Shown one piece after another: positions 1 through 9,043 of a stretch of 11,241 nucleotides of DNA. The stretch spans positions 1-11,241 of the forward strand of contig MTSL01000039.1 in NCBI GenBank assembly GCA_002794465.1. The letters are read 5' to 3'. A program made the position numbers and the translations under genes. The notes under the pieces were generated by a model that was not told the origin of the DNA, did not search any database, and saw only the letters and a program-made list of their open reading frames with translations. This DNA comes from Paramicrosporidium saccamoebae KSL3 (taxonomy: Eukaryota > Fungi > Cryptomycota). Position 1 is the stretch's first letter; each line of letters starts with the position of its first letter.

Positions 1-3000
1 GGGCTCATTCACTGGTGCATCATTCACACAGCTCCACAGCCGGCTGAACGGATCGTCTGGCCCTGCAAATTCCCATTTCATGGGTTGACTCTCTGCGCTC
101 TTCTCAATGAGCTGTTGTGCCATTGATACGGACTGCCCATAAACGGCAGCTATAATATATTCAATCTCTCCCAATCCAAAGCCTCCATGTCCGCGATTAT
201 TGACTGGCTGGAATACCTTTAGCGGCGCCTTTACCGAGTCAAAAACTTGTTTTGCAAGATTGAATGGTGTCTGAGGATCAAATAGTCCCTGGAGAAAGTA
301 GAACGCAGTCTTATTCGTAGTGAGAGGTTCTGGTGAATTGCGGTTTCTTCCAACCAGACAGTGCTTGCAGAACGGCAGCTGGTGGATATCGCTGGCATAA
401 TAATGATAAGGGTGGAGGTCTGGCGGATTGGGTGGATAAAGATTGAAAGATACGGTTGAGGGGACATAATAGTCAGCATTTACAACGGTTTGCACAAATA
501 GACTATTTTCACCATCCATAACTGCAACGGGTGGGAGAATATCGTATAACGGGTCGAGTACATGCAATGAGTATATGCTGGCATCAATACAGTCTATAGT
601 TGCTTTTACAAAAGGCAACAAAATTTGAATGTTGGCATAGGAATCCATTATCAATGGTGGGTCAAGACAAAACTTGGCAAGACGATTTGTAATTTGTTTG
701 ATTCGTCCCTCTACAGTGTTCTCAAAGACTCCAAATTTAGAATGCATGACCTTGACACATTCGTTTGTCGCGGGATCTCCAAGCTGCTTGACTATTTTTG
801 GGAAGGAGTCCAACACATCCGAGCCCATTTTAGAGCGGCAGAAAGGATCTAATCTACAAAGCTCTAGGACGTCCTGGAGATTGTGATCTGTCAAAATGCC
901 TTTGAGGGGCGGCATCCCTCCAAGCACAACTGAATCAACTAAATCAGGTGCAAACCTAACTACCTCGTGCGCCCAAAGTGCTCCAAAGGAAAAGCCGTAT
1001 ATGGACAGACGATCTGCGGGGTGGGTGTGTAGTATTGCTAATCCTACCATTACTACATCCAGGGCAGCGGACTCGAGTCGTAGGTCCTTTTCATCAAATT
1101 TCTTGTTGGCAAATGTAGACTTGAGATCAGACGTTTCTGCTTCCCATGAATCATGCATCTCGGTAAATTGTCCGGATTCTCCAAGACCACGATGATCGAC
1201 AAGATACGTGGCAACGTCCCCTTTTGTCAGTTCAGAGATCATTGTTGCATCATTGCGAAAATCTAGACCCGGCCCCCCAGGACCGCCAGGAAGGAATATC
1301 AAATGTGCCCGTGGCGTCTGATCATGTTGTGTGTAACGATAAATGGTCAAGGTAAACAACCCACCCGTGGGGTCCAGGTAGTTTGACGGTACATGGAGCT
1401 GCCCGCGTGCACAAATCCGGCCCTTTGAACAGTGTTTTTGGTCGCAATGGGACCAAATGATATCAGTCAGCATCTCCTCCAAGTCGAGAGGACTTGGCCG
1501 TGGTGCATGACCCATCTTTAGTGCGTCGAGACCATTACTGCGTTCGTGTGGATCAAAAGACAGTTCTGGGGTCAGATGATCGGATGGGAATTGGAAATGT
1601 TTTCTACACTCTTCAGAGAAATTGGCTCTAAGCCAGGTGTATCGGAGATATTCTCCTTTGCTTAGGCCTGCGCAGAATTTGTGAGGTATATTGGAAATTA
1701 TATCTGTAACATTTTCGACATTTTCCAATGTAGCAAAGAGATGAATTCCTGCGCGCTTTTGATGGCACACGGTGATACCTTTGGCGATTAATTGAGGGCC
1801 TAGAATATCATATAAATTAACAGGGAGCGTCTTTGCTCTAACCATCAGTGCGTGCCCGAGCAGAGGAACAGCATCCAACAGAGCCCTCAAACACATTTCG
1901 TCAAGATTGTAACTGGGGAGATCCAATATGCCAATATCGTCTTGGTGATTAAACAGTTCCTTTGCTAGGGCGAGATTTAGTTTTGGATGATATTGCAGCA
2001 CATCTGCCCACACAGATTGTGGAATTCTAGTTCTGTCAGATAGGGCCAAGTTTTGAAAATTTTGTGGATCCAGTCGTGTCCATTGGACTAATACACTGTC
2101 AGGAATACTTTGGAACGACGACCCAGTTTCTTTGGCGGGTTTGCTAAAATACCCTCGGATGCACGCTAGTGTGACTCCTTTCAGCGCAAATGATGATATT
2201 TGACGCAAATTTAGCTGGCGGCAGATCAGTGGCCGATTCAACCGCTCGCCGAATGAGGCAATCTGCTCAATGGTAATCCTTTTGAGTAGTGCATCGGACA
2301 AGGGCCCATCATAGTAAGAAAATGCATCCGGACCAAGACCCTTGAACTCTGCGTCGCCAGTAATACCAAGGTCCGACAGACGTGCCACGCATTCTGGATG
2401 AATCACGACATGGGGATATAAACTAAAGTAGTCTAGCTTCATTCGAGAGCAAGCTTCTGGGTCTTTGATTGCAATTTGTACTAGATCATCACTGAAGTGG
2501 GGCATAGCCAAGTTGTTTGAGCTGAGAATTATGAACAAGTCGGTAGCACGGGACTTTAGCACATTGGTTGGAAAGTAAAAAAAGTTGAACACATTTAGAA
2601 TGCCAAACTTGATCAATTCATCGAGATGCAACTCCCAGCATTCCGTTGGAATTCGATCCCCTCCTTTGAAATTTCTGACGGCATGCAGAAATACTGCACA
2701 GACTTTTGGATTGTCGGGTACTTGCTCGGGCTTGATCCAATCAGTAAATCCGAGGGAAATGGCTTTCTCCAAATAAAAGTCTAATTGAACGAGTGAGTCA
2801 TAGTCCTTCACACCACAAGAGGAGCATAACAGCGTTTTCGCTCCTGTGACGGTCAGTTCAGAGAAGAATTCATTGGGGTATTCGCCTTGCCGCCCCATTA
2901 TTTGATTAGCAGTTTTGCGACAGCCGCTATTCAAAGACGCGAGTAGGCTCTTTGTACTAAACTGAATTTTAACGGACTCGAGGAAGTCGGATGGAGCATA

Positions 3001-4155
3001 TTTTCTGATCAATTCCTGGTATTCCGGAGATAGATCCAGTATGACGATTGGCGTTTGGATGGTGTTGGGGGTAATCGTTTCGAGAAATTCTTGGTTTAAA
3101 TTGTCTCTGCATCTTAGGATATGCTGCCAACAGCTATGGTGAAGCAATCTAAGATATACTGGATCTAGCTTTTGAACATCTGCCGGATACTCGGATATCC
3201 ATTGTTTGATAGTCTTTGGAGGGACCTTACCAATGTCTAGGTTCTTAAGGCCAGTATGAAAGTAGCCATGCAGGCACCGCGCAGTGACCTTACGGATGCC
3301 TCGTTTCGCCAATTCAAGACAAAGGTTTTGACAGATAATGTCCCCTTCGACTCTGCTAGCATAATTCTGCAAATGATTCTCTGACAGGCCAATAGTAACG
3401 CTTTTTGATAGCGGTCCATTGTAGTAGCAAAATGCCTCAGGGGAAGACGTTAGGCGCTGTGATGAGTAAAATTCCAGTGTATCCAAATCTGCAATCTTGG
3501 AAATGCATTTATTACTCGGAATCACATCCAAACGGAGCAGCTTCAATGCCATAGCAACGGTGAGCCCTTGACAATTATTCGGATTATTGAGATCCATAGG
3601 ATGGATGCTTGGAGATAAGTGATTCAGCTGTTCGGCGGTCAAGGCGTTGAGCAATTTTACAGGATGCTGAGCAAACCAGTCCATGGGAAGTTTTTTGAAT
3701 ATTGCCTGTGAGTATTCGGGGTTGGCCATATTCTTTATGAATATGGATATGCACTCTTTGATAGTCACTTCCGGCCGCTTGGAAGATGCGTAATGGCCCG
3801 CAAATAGTGCACAGACGTCAGGCCCCATGGCTGATACGAGTTCCTCGGTCAATGGACCAGTTTCTATCCTTTTCATGCCGCCTTCAAGAATACTGGTGGT
3901 GTTTTTGTATTCATCATAGTCAGTAACGTTTAAAAGGATCTCGAACAACGTCTTTGCCCCATCAAGTGTTAGGCCGTTTAAAAGTTCTGGGGACAGCTTG
4001 AAACTGTCTGGCAGTGGCACTGACGTCTTTTCCTTGCTGTTAAGGGCCTCTTGTAGTCTTTGGATACCACTGCCTCCCGCGTCAGAACATGCAATAGGTA
4101 TGATAAAGAGCAGTAGAGAGAAAAACACGACCATACTGCGCAACCTGCTTCCCAT
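1..4155 (-). CDS. Large secreted protein (>=1385 aa, 3'-partial): signal peptide + two ~371-aa tandem repeats + C-terminal alpha/beta-hydrolase, TAP-like/peptidase S33 type
   Basis: Manual triplet scan finds no stop from the ATG at 4155-4153 down to base 1; an in-frame TGA lies upstream at 4173-4171. It is absent from the ORF track because it has no stop in the window. N-terminus MGSRLRSMVVFFSLLLFIIPIACSD is signal-peptide-like. The hydrolase domain starts near nt 1455 (WSHC...C...LHVPSNYLDPTGGLFTLTIYRY). Motifs: FLPGGPGG (1296-1273), VDHRGLGES (1200-1174), nucleophile elbow GFSFG (Ser1056, 990-988), LCRLDPFC, QGLFDPQTP (Asp1293, 279-277), NNRGHG (His1323, 189-187). Confidence 0.93.
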   Translation of the reverse strand, partial: MGSRLRSMVVFFSLLLFIIPIACSDAGGSGIQRLQEALNSKEKTSVPLPDSFKLSPELLNGLTLDGAKTLFEILLNVTDYDEYKNTTSILEGGMKRIETGPLTEELVSAMGPDVCALFAGHYASSKRPEVTIKECISIFIKNMANPEYSQAIFKKLPMDWFAQHPVKLLNALTAEQLNHLSPSIHPMDLNNPNNCQGLTVAMALKLLRLDVIPSNKCISKIADLDTLEFYSSQRLTSSPEAFCYYNGPLSKSVTIGLSENHLQNYASRVEGDIICQNLCLELAKRGIRKVTARCLHGYFHTGLKNLDIGKVPPKTIKQWISEYPADVQKLDPVYLRLLHHSCWQHILRCRDNLNQEFLETITPNTIQTPIVILDLSPEYQELIRKYAPSDFLESVKIQFSTKSLLASLNSGCRKTANQIMGRQGEYPNEFFSELTVTGAKTLLCSSCGVKDYDSLVQLDFYLEKAISLGFTDWIKPEQVPDNPKVCAVFLHAVRNFKGGDRIPTECWELHLDELIKFGILNVFNFFYFPTNVLKSRATDLFIILSSNNLAMPHFSDDLVQIAIKDPEACSRMKLDYFSLYPHVVIHPECVARLSDLGITGDAEFKGLGPDAFSYYDGPLSDALLKRITIEQIASFGERLNRPLICRQLNLRQISSFALKGVTLACIRGYFSKPAKETGSSFQSIPDSVLVQWTRLDPQNFQNLALSDRTRIPQSVWADVLQYHPKLNLALAKELFNHQDDIGILDLPSYNLDEMCLRALLDAVPLLGHALMVRAKTLPVNLYDILGPQLIAKGITVCHQKRAGIHLFATLENVENVTDIISNIPHKFCAGLSKGEYLRYTWLRANFSEECRKHFQFPSDHLTPELSFDPHERSNGLDALKMGHAPRPSPLDLEEMLTDIIWSHCDQKHCSKGRICARGQLHVPSNYLDPTGGLFTLTIYRYTQHDQTPRAHLIFLPGGPGGPGLDFRNDATMISELTKGDVATYLVDHRGLGESGQFTEMHDSWEAETSDLKSTFANKKFDEKDLRLESAALDVVMVGLAILHTHPADRLSIYGFSFGALWAHEVVRFAPDLVDSVVLGGMPPLKGILTDHNLQDVLELCRLDPFCRSKMGSDVLDSFPKIVKQLGDPATNECVKVMHSKFGVFENTVEGRIKQITNRLAKFCLDPPLIMDSYANIQILLPFVKATIDCIDASIYSLHVLDPLYDILPPVAVMDGENSLFVQTVVNADYYVPSTVSFNLYPPNPPDLHPYHYYASDIHQLPFCKHCLVGRNRNSPEPLTTNKTAFYFLQGLFDPQTPFNLAKQVFDSVKAPLKVFQPVNNRGHGGFGLGEIEYIIAAVYGQSVSMAQQLIEKSAESQPMKWEFAGPDDPFSRLWSCVNDAPVNEP
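1840..4060 (-). repeat. Protein-level tandem duplication of a ~371-aa unit within the large minus-strand ORF (boundaries approximate)
   Basis: Paired motifs at a constant 370-372 aa offset: LTLDGAKTLF/LTVTGAKTLL (Gly66/Gly438), VTDYDE/VKDYDS, PDVCALF/PKVCAVF, EAFCYYNGPLS/DAFSYYDGPLS (Ala241/Ala611), IICQNL/LICRQL, VTARCLHGYF/VTLACIRGYF, IVILDL/IGILDL (Ile372/Ile743). Confidence 0.88.
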
Positions 4156-4181
4156 GGAGGATCCAACCAATCAGTACATTG

Positions 4182-4189
4182 CTTATATA
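4182..4189 (-). promoter_or_regulatory. TATA box of the minus-strand hydrolase gene
   Basis: TATATAAG on the minus strand, first T 34 nt upstream of the ATG; the divergent gene has the same spacing. Confidence 0.6.
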
Positions 4190-4406
4190 CAACTGATATG
4201 ATGATTGTGTAATAGAGCGGATTGATTAACTGAATATTTGAGGGCTGTTAATATGCCATTTGTGAGACTATAACTAGGCGCTCGGATTAACAGTATGTGC
4301 CGTGGCGCGGTAGTGACCTGCCGTTTTTATTTCCATAAGACCAATCTCGTCGAACCTAGTTTATACACCTTGATACGGTAATGCTATAGGTGTGATGGAG
4401 AGAGCC

Positions 4407-4580
4407 GATTGGCTGGGTATTTGAAGATGTATGTTTGGGACAGTCGATAGTGAGGTCTGCACCTTTACCATTTTAGGATTATTACGTTATGTGTGAGGCT
4501 AGGAATGGGCCTGAAATAGTCAAGATGCCGACCTCACCATCGACTGTCCCAAACATACATCCTCAAATACCCAGCTAATC
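4407..4580. repeat. Long imperfect inverted repeat (fold-back/MITE-like or hairpin)
   Basis: Arm 4407-4477 versus the reverse complement of 4510-4580 matches at 63/71 positions with no gaps; 32-nt spacer. Looser outer pairing (gagagc/gctctc) extends it to ~4397-4593. No target-site duplication seen. Confidence 0.9.
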
Positions 4581-4693
4581 AATTCGCTCTCCCGCATTTG
4601 GACGTAGCGAGCTAGTCCACTTCGTAGCACTGGTTAAATCAGCCTCTTTGTGCAACGGTTATCAGCCGATTTAATCGATGCTGCGCCACTCTG

Positions 4694-4700
4694 TATAAAT
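4694..4700 (+). promoter_or_regulatory. TATA box of the ankyrin-like repeat gene
   Basis: TATAAAT with first T 34 nt upstream of the ATG at 4728. Confidence 0.6.
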
Positions 4701-4727
4701 TGCCCCAAAGTGGCTTTTTTTAATACC

Positions 4728-7322
4728 ATGCATCTATCTTGTGCAGCCTTGTGTGTGCTGGCCTTTGCAGTCCAATGCGACGCTTCGTGGAGGCGTATCA
4801 TTACAGGTGGGAGAATCAACGTTCGTACCGGGCCAAACTCTATTAAGACGAGGGAAGCCTTGTTGCACGGCCACGTATTCGGACTTAGAAGGGAGCTCCT
4901 TGACGCAATACGCCGGTTCCAAAACTTTGATCTGGCTGAAAACCCTCGAAGGATACATGTAGCCGACCAGGAGCCACAAGCGTTGAATGAAGAGGAACGG
5001 CCCATTCAAGCTGCCTTGGAATCCGTTTTCCAAAGTCTAGCTGACGAGGAGAATCCTTTGGATTTTGTGCAAAGGGCTCTTTCTGAGAACAATCTCACTG
5101 TTCTTTTTTGTGCCCAAAAAAATGGTTTGCTCAATTGGCGCAGTCCGAGAGATTATCATTGGTTTTACGTTCACTCGTATGGTAGACCTTGGTTTAACAG
5201 TGATTTGTGGGAAGAGACAAAGTTTGACTGGGACCTGTATTATTTTTTAATCCTCCACGAAGATAACGAGGAGGTATTCAGACATGTCGTAGACAATAAG
5301 CTTGCCTCGTCTGTGGTGATTGAAAAAACGATGAGCAGGCGCACACTTGTGCATTATGGTGCGGTAAAGATTTTAAAGTCGTTGAATATGGACACTAATA
5401 TTGACAAGGCGTCGATAAAGGAGCTGGTTGACTCTGGAAACGCGCATGCTTTGTACAAGTTTTATGATAATGGTGTCGACGTATTCGCCGATGAGGACCT
5501 TTTTGTAACGTTCAATAGTCCTGATATTCTTGAATTGGCACTGTTTGCGAGGCCTGCGATTGTTGATAATAACAACGTTATAAGGAGTGCGGTAGATTTT
5601 GATCGGTCGGATATACTCCAAGTGTTATACCGTTTCTATGGCGAAAAGTTTCTGAGTCCGAGACTGCTAAATGATGCCGCCAGAAAGGGCGCGTTGAATA
5701 TCCTCAAATGGGCCCATGACATTAATCCAAATATTAAACCGACCCGAAAATGTCTTTCGAGTATCCTAGTTCGTGGACATGTCAAAGTGTTTGAATTTCT
5801 CCATTCCCACGATAAAGAGTTTTTGCCCGAGGCGTACCAGGCCAGTACGGCGAACAAGGACACTATGTGGGATTTCGCTATGATCACCAAAATTTTTAAC
5901 ATTGACCCAAGTCTAGTTCCATTGGAAAGAATTTATCGCCACGCCTTGGAGCTGCGTAACGAGGATGTGGTGGTTTGGGCAAGAACTGCACTCCGAGAGT
6001 CAAACTGCAAAAAATTCAAACCAAGATTGGAAGATGTTCGATACGCAACTGTCGCGAAAGACTGGTTATTTGTACGCTGGGCTCTGGAAAAAGATCCAAG
6101 TTTGGCGCCTGACCGTAGTTTTTATTCCGCTGATCAGCAGGAGGCGAGGAGGGAGCTGTTAAAATTTTTAAAAAGCCAATACGAGGCTTCCGGAGGTAAC
6201 AAGTTATACCTTCCCACCGTGAATGAGTTATGGGACCAATCGTTGGAGGATATAAAATGGACATTTATGCAGGGTGCGGGCTATCTTTTTCGAGAAGATC
6301 TTGTGGCTCTTTGTGGGTCTAAAAGTGTCGGCGCAGATCTTCACTGGTGGGTTTCTGAGGTTCTAGATGAAGATTTGGCTACTCTCGAGATGGTGAACGC
6401 GGCTGCTGAACGCGGGAATGTTGAAGTACTTGAATGGATTATCCGGAAGAACCGGTTGATTATACCGTCGATGGACTCTATTGCGAAAGGATTAGTGAAC
6501 ATTCCAGAGGCACGAGCAGTAGAGTTGTGGAATTTCACGTTTATGAATATTCGCTGGTGCCTCCCAAGCGCCGATTACGTTGTAGAGCTTTTCACTCCCA
6601 AAGGACCAAAGGCGCTTGCCAAGGCGGATATTGACATGCAATTGACAAGAGTCGAAATGATTGCAATGAAAAAGCAGATGGTGCTAATATTGGGTTATAT
6701 CTTGGCAGTAGAGCAGCAGATGGCAACGACAAGTCTGCACAAGGTAATAGCAGAGTTGCAGATGGAAATTGGAAACTTGGCGCAGATGAAGCCAGAAAAG
6801 CAAATAATAGAGGCAACGTCTCTGAAAGTACAGAGCGAGAAAAGGCAGCTGATACCCAGACTTGTGGCGTATGTGACGATGGCAGTGCTGTTGACAGCTG
6901 TGGATTCGACGATGGTGGCGAGTGGAGTGGTGTGTGCGGGGCTGGCTGATGTGTGTTGGACGAGTAGGACGGCCAGCAAGCAAAACCGGACGCTCCGTAC
7001 AGTGCAAACGACTATGGATATGCTGAACGAGTCGGACAACAGACTGGTAAAGGTTTTTGAAGCGGCAGAACCGCTGAAAGGGTTTGAGCTGTGGCTTGAG
7101 TTGCAGGAGAAGAAAAAAGAGGCTCCGATCAGCACTTGGATCAAGTTTAGCGACACGATTGCAAAACGCGCAAGCAAAATTGACATGAAAGCGAGGCAGA
7201 TTGGGGTTGGGGCGGGAACCGAAGAATTTCAGCTGGAGATGAAAGAGTTTGTGACGACCATGGCACGGGCGATAGAAATTATGGACAAATTTTATGATAA
7301 AGTGGGGCAAATACGCGAATGA
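4728..7322 (+). CDS. Secreted ankyrin-like repeat protein (864 aa) with a C-terminal helical/coiled-coil module carrying a hydrophobic segment
   Basis: Uninterrupted ORF. The first ATG at 4728 gives MHLSCAALCVLAFAVQCDAS (signal-peptide-like) and follows a TATA box. Short ankyrin-like units run ~5330-6600: TLVHYGAVKILKSL, ELVDSGNAHALYKF, SAVDFDRSDILQVL, DAARKGALNILKWAH (5673-), SILVRGHVKVFEFL, AAAERGNVEVLEWI (6399-). The C-terminal ~235 aa are rich in M/Q/E/K/A/L and include LVAYVTMAVLLTAVDSTMVASGVVCAGLADVCW (6861-6959). Confidence 0.9.
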   Translation: MHLSCAALCVLAFAVQCDASWRRIITGGRINVRTGPNSIKTREALLHGHVFGLRRELLDAIRRFQNFDLAENPRRIHVADQEPQALNEEERPIQAALESVFQSLADEENPLDFVQRALSENNLTVLFCAQKNGLLNWRSPRDYHWFYVHSYGRPWFNSDLWEETKFDWDLYYFLILHEDNEEVFRHVVDNKLASSVVIEKTMSRRTLVHYGAVKILKSLNMDTNIDKASIKELVDSGNAHALYKFYDNGVDVFADEDLFVTFNSPDILELALFARPAIVDNNNVIRSAVDFDRSDILQVLYRFYGEKFLSPRLLNDAARKGALNILKWAHDINPNIKPTRKCLSSILVRGHVKVFEFLHSHDKEFLPEAYQASTANKDTMWDFAMITKIFNIDPSLVPLERIYRHALELRNEDVVVWARTALRESNCKKFKPRLEDVRYATVAKDWLFVRWALEKDPSLAPDRSFYSADQQEARRELLKFLKSQYEASGGNKLYLPTVNELWDQSLEDIKWTFMQGAGYLFREDLVALCGSKSVGADLHWWVSEVLDEDLATLEMVNAAAERGNVEVLEWIIRKNRLIIPSMDSIAKGLVNIPEARAVELWNFTFMNIRWCLPSADYVVELFTPKGPKALAKADIDMQLTRVEMIAMKKQMVLILGYILAVEQQMATTSLHKVIAELQMEIGNLAQMKPEKQIIEATSLKVQSEKRQLIPRLVAYVTMAVLLTAVDSTMVASGVVCAGLADVCWTSRTASKQNRTLRTVQTTMDMLNESDNRLVKVFEAAEPLKGFELWLELQEKKKEAPISTWIKFSDTIAKRASKIDMKARQIGVGAGTEEFQLEMKEFVTTMARAIEIMDKFYDKVGQIRE

Positions 7323-7395
7323 AGGGGAGTAAAGGGGCAGATGAAGGATAAACGTGGCTTTCTATAAAGTGGTATAATGGATGAATGAATTAATT

Positions 7396-7401
7396 AATAA
7401 A
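7396..7401 (+). promoter_or_regulatory. Candidate polyadenylation signal
   Basis: AATAAA in an AT-rich tract 74 nt after the TGA at 7322. Confidence 0.45.
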
Positions 7402-9043
7402 TGATAAACAAGAGCTGGCTTTCCCAACTATACACCCTTTTATAGATCCAAATCTGTTATTTAGTCTCTGCAATAATTCGCAGACCTAAACGCAGCCTAT
7501 CGGGACATTACACAAAACTGATTAGTTGTATGCTGGATGTAAAGGTCGTTCATTAAGCCGCTGCTGACTCTGTATAGGCCAGGGTCGTATGATAAGTGTT
7601 GAGGGGAGATGTGATTCGGTGTAGTGGGCGATCAGCCACAAAGGGCGATTATATCTTGTACTATGAATGCCACCCGCTCCAATGCATAACTTTGTCTTGG
7701 TGTTTCACGGGCAAGCTTTTAATGGTCAGCTGAGTGTGAGATATGTAGTGAGGGGGGGGGGTGTAACTCGGTGCATTGGTCAAATAAGCTAAAGGGGGAT
7801 TCCTGTATCACCAATGCCGTCTGATCCAATCCATAGTTTTTTTCCGTTCCTTTGCATATGTGCTTGCCATAAAGTTCAATATAATGGTTGATAATCAGGG
7901 TGCTGCTTATGTAGTGTAGTCGATGTGGGGACTAATCAATCAGCGGTGTCCGAGTTTCCCATAAAATTCTGTACTGTGGGAACATCAATTGCCCCTAGTA
8001 GGCATTGGCGAATGAAACTATGTGAGTCAATGAATAGAGTCTATTAGCCAATAGCATTAGATAAGTATATTTAGATCATGGAGGTGCCCATTATGTGCAC
8101 ATCAATGTGAGCATGAGCGATGGCGTTTATTACTGCTGTTCTGTCAATCTCTCTGTCGCTGTCCCAGAGCCTACTCCCGCATTCGGGAAACGGAGAAACT
8201 GACACTAGAGGAGGAACGAATGTGGAATTTTTCAGTGGTAGCAGTTGGCGTCATCTGGCTGTACATTCTCCTCCTGGCAATGCTTGAATATCGCGCAGCC
8301 TATAGAGCTACCTAGAAGAGGTTAATATACTCGAAGCCAAAATGCTCCCTGTCAGCAATCGAATCTTTTCTGCAATCTGGAGCTTTTCGTGCCTCGCCGT
8401 TGTTTGCATTTGGATACGCGTCTAGCTGGTTCATGTCAACGCCTTCTCCTTGCTGGGGTAAAGGATTTCGCCTACAACGGTCGTCGCTACAGAGCTTTAG
8501 AAATAGAAGCCTTCTATTCTGTGCTCTATGGCGAGGACGACAGTATCCTGCACTACCCAACGCGCGATCTCCCTGGACTAGTTGTACCGGGAGATGGGCA
8601 CTTGGAGCTTTCATGATGCGTGAAACAGCCAAATGATAATTAGACATTATAGTTGATATTAAAACGCTTGATGGTTTCCTGGGTCTTAATGATGCCCCCT
8701 CCATATTAGGCAATTTCCATGCGCGCTATGAATAAGTGTCGTACGTGGCGAGCCCCGGAGCAACTCCCATGTTTAAAGTTGACATCGGAATCTTAACCTT
8801 TCATCTTCTGAGAATATTTTGTACTCGAAATCCTGTTTCTGAATTGTTTTGTAGTAAAGGATCTTTACTTTGTCGATGCTCTGGAGACAAATGTTCAAAA
8901 GGTCCTCGTTCTCGGTATCGTGACCATCACCAGTATTTCTAAAGCACCTGGCCTCATGCCACGACTAAACATTGTGTAGGTCTGGATGGTTTCTTGCACG
9001 TGGTGCTCCTGTATTTATAGAAGAAGACAAACCTGTCGCATCT

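Noticed and set aside
231-4201. Short track ORFs at 231-479, 625-852, 674-886, 896-1195, 2585-2776, 3237-3419, 3978-4166 and 3998-4201
   Set aside because: All lie within or over the long minus-strand ORF in other frames or antisense; no motifs.
4650-4727. GTG start giving an 890-aa version of the plus-strand gene
   Set aside because: The context is eukaryotic; the extension would contain the TATA box and bury the signal peptide that begins at ATG 4728.
4812-4841. RINVRTGPNS resembles the bacterial SH3 (SH3b) lnvRsGP motif
   Set aside because: Only one short motif; the flanking sequence looks helical rather than a beta-barrel.
6592-7310. Antisense ORFs of 208, 163 and 74 aa over the gene tail
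   Set aside because: Explained by scarcity of TTA/CTA/TCA in a G/A-rich plus strand; the H/F/L- or S-rich products are typical shadows.
7752-7761. Run of 10 G
   Set aside because: Isolated homopolymer with no further G-tracts arranged as a quadruplex and no associated structure.
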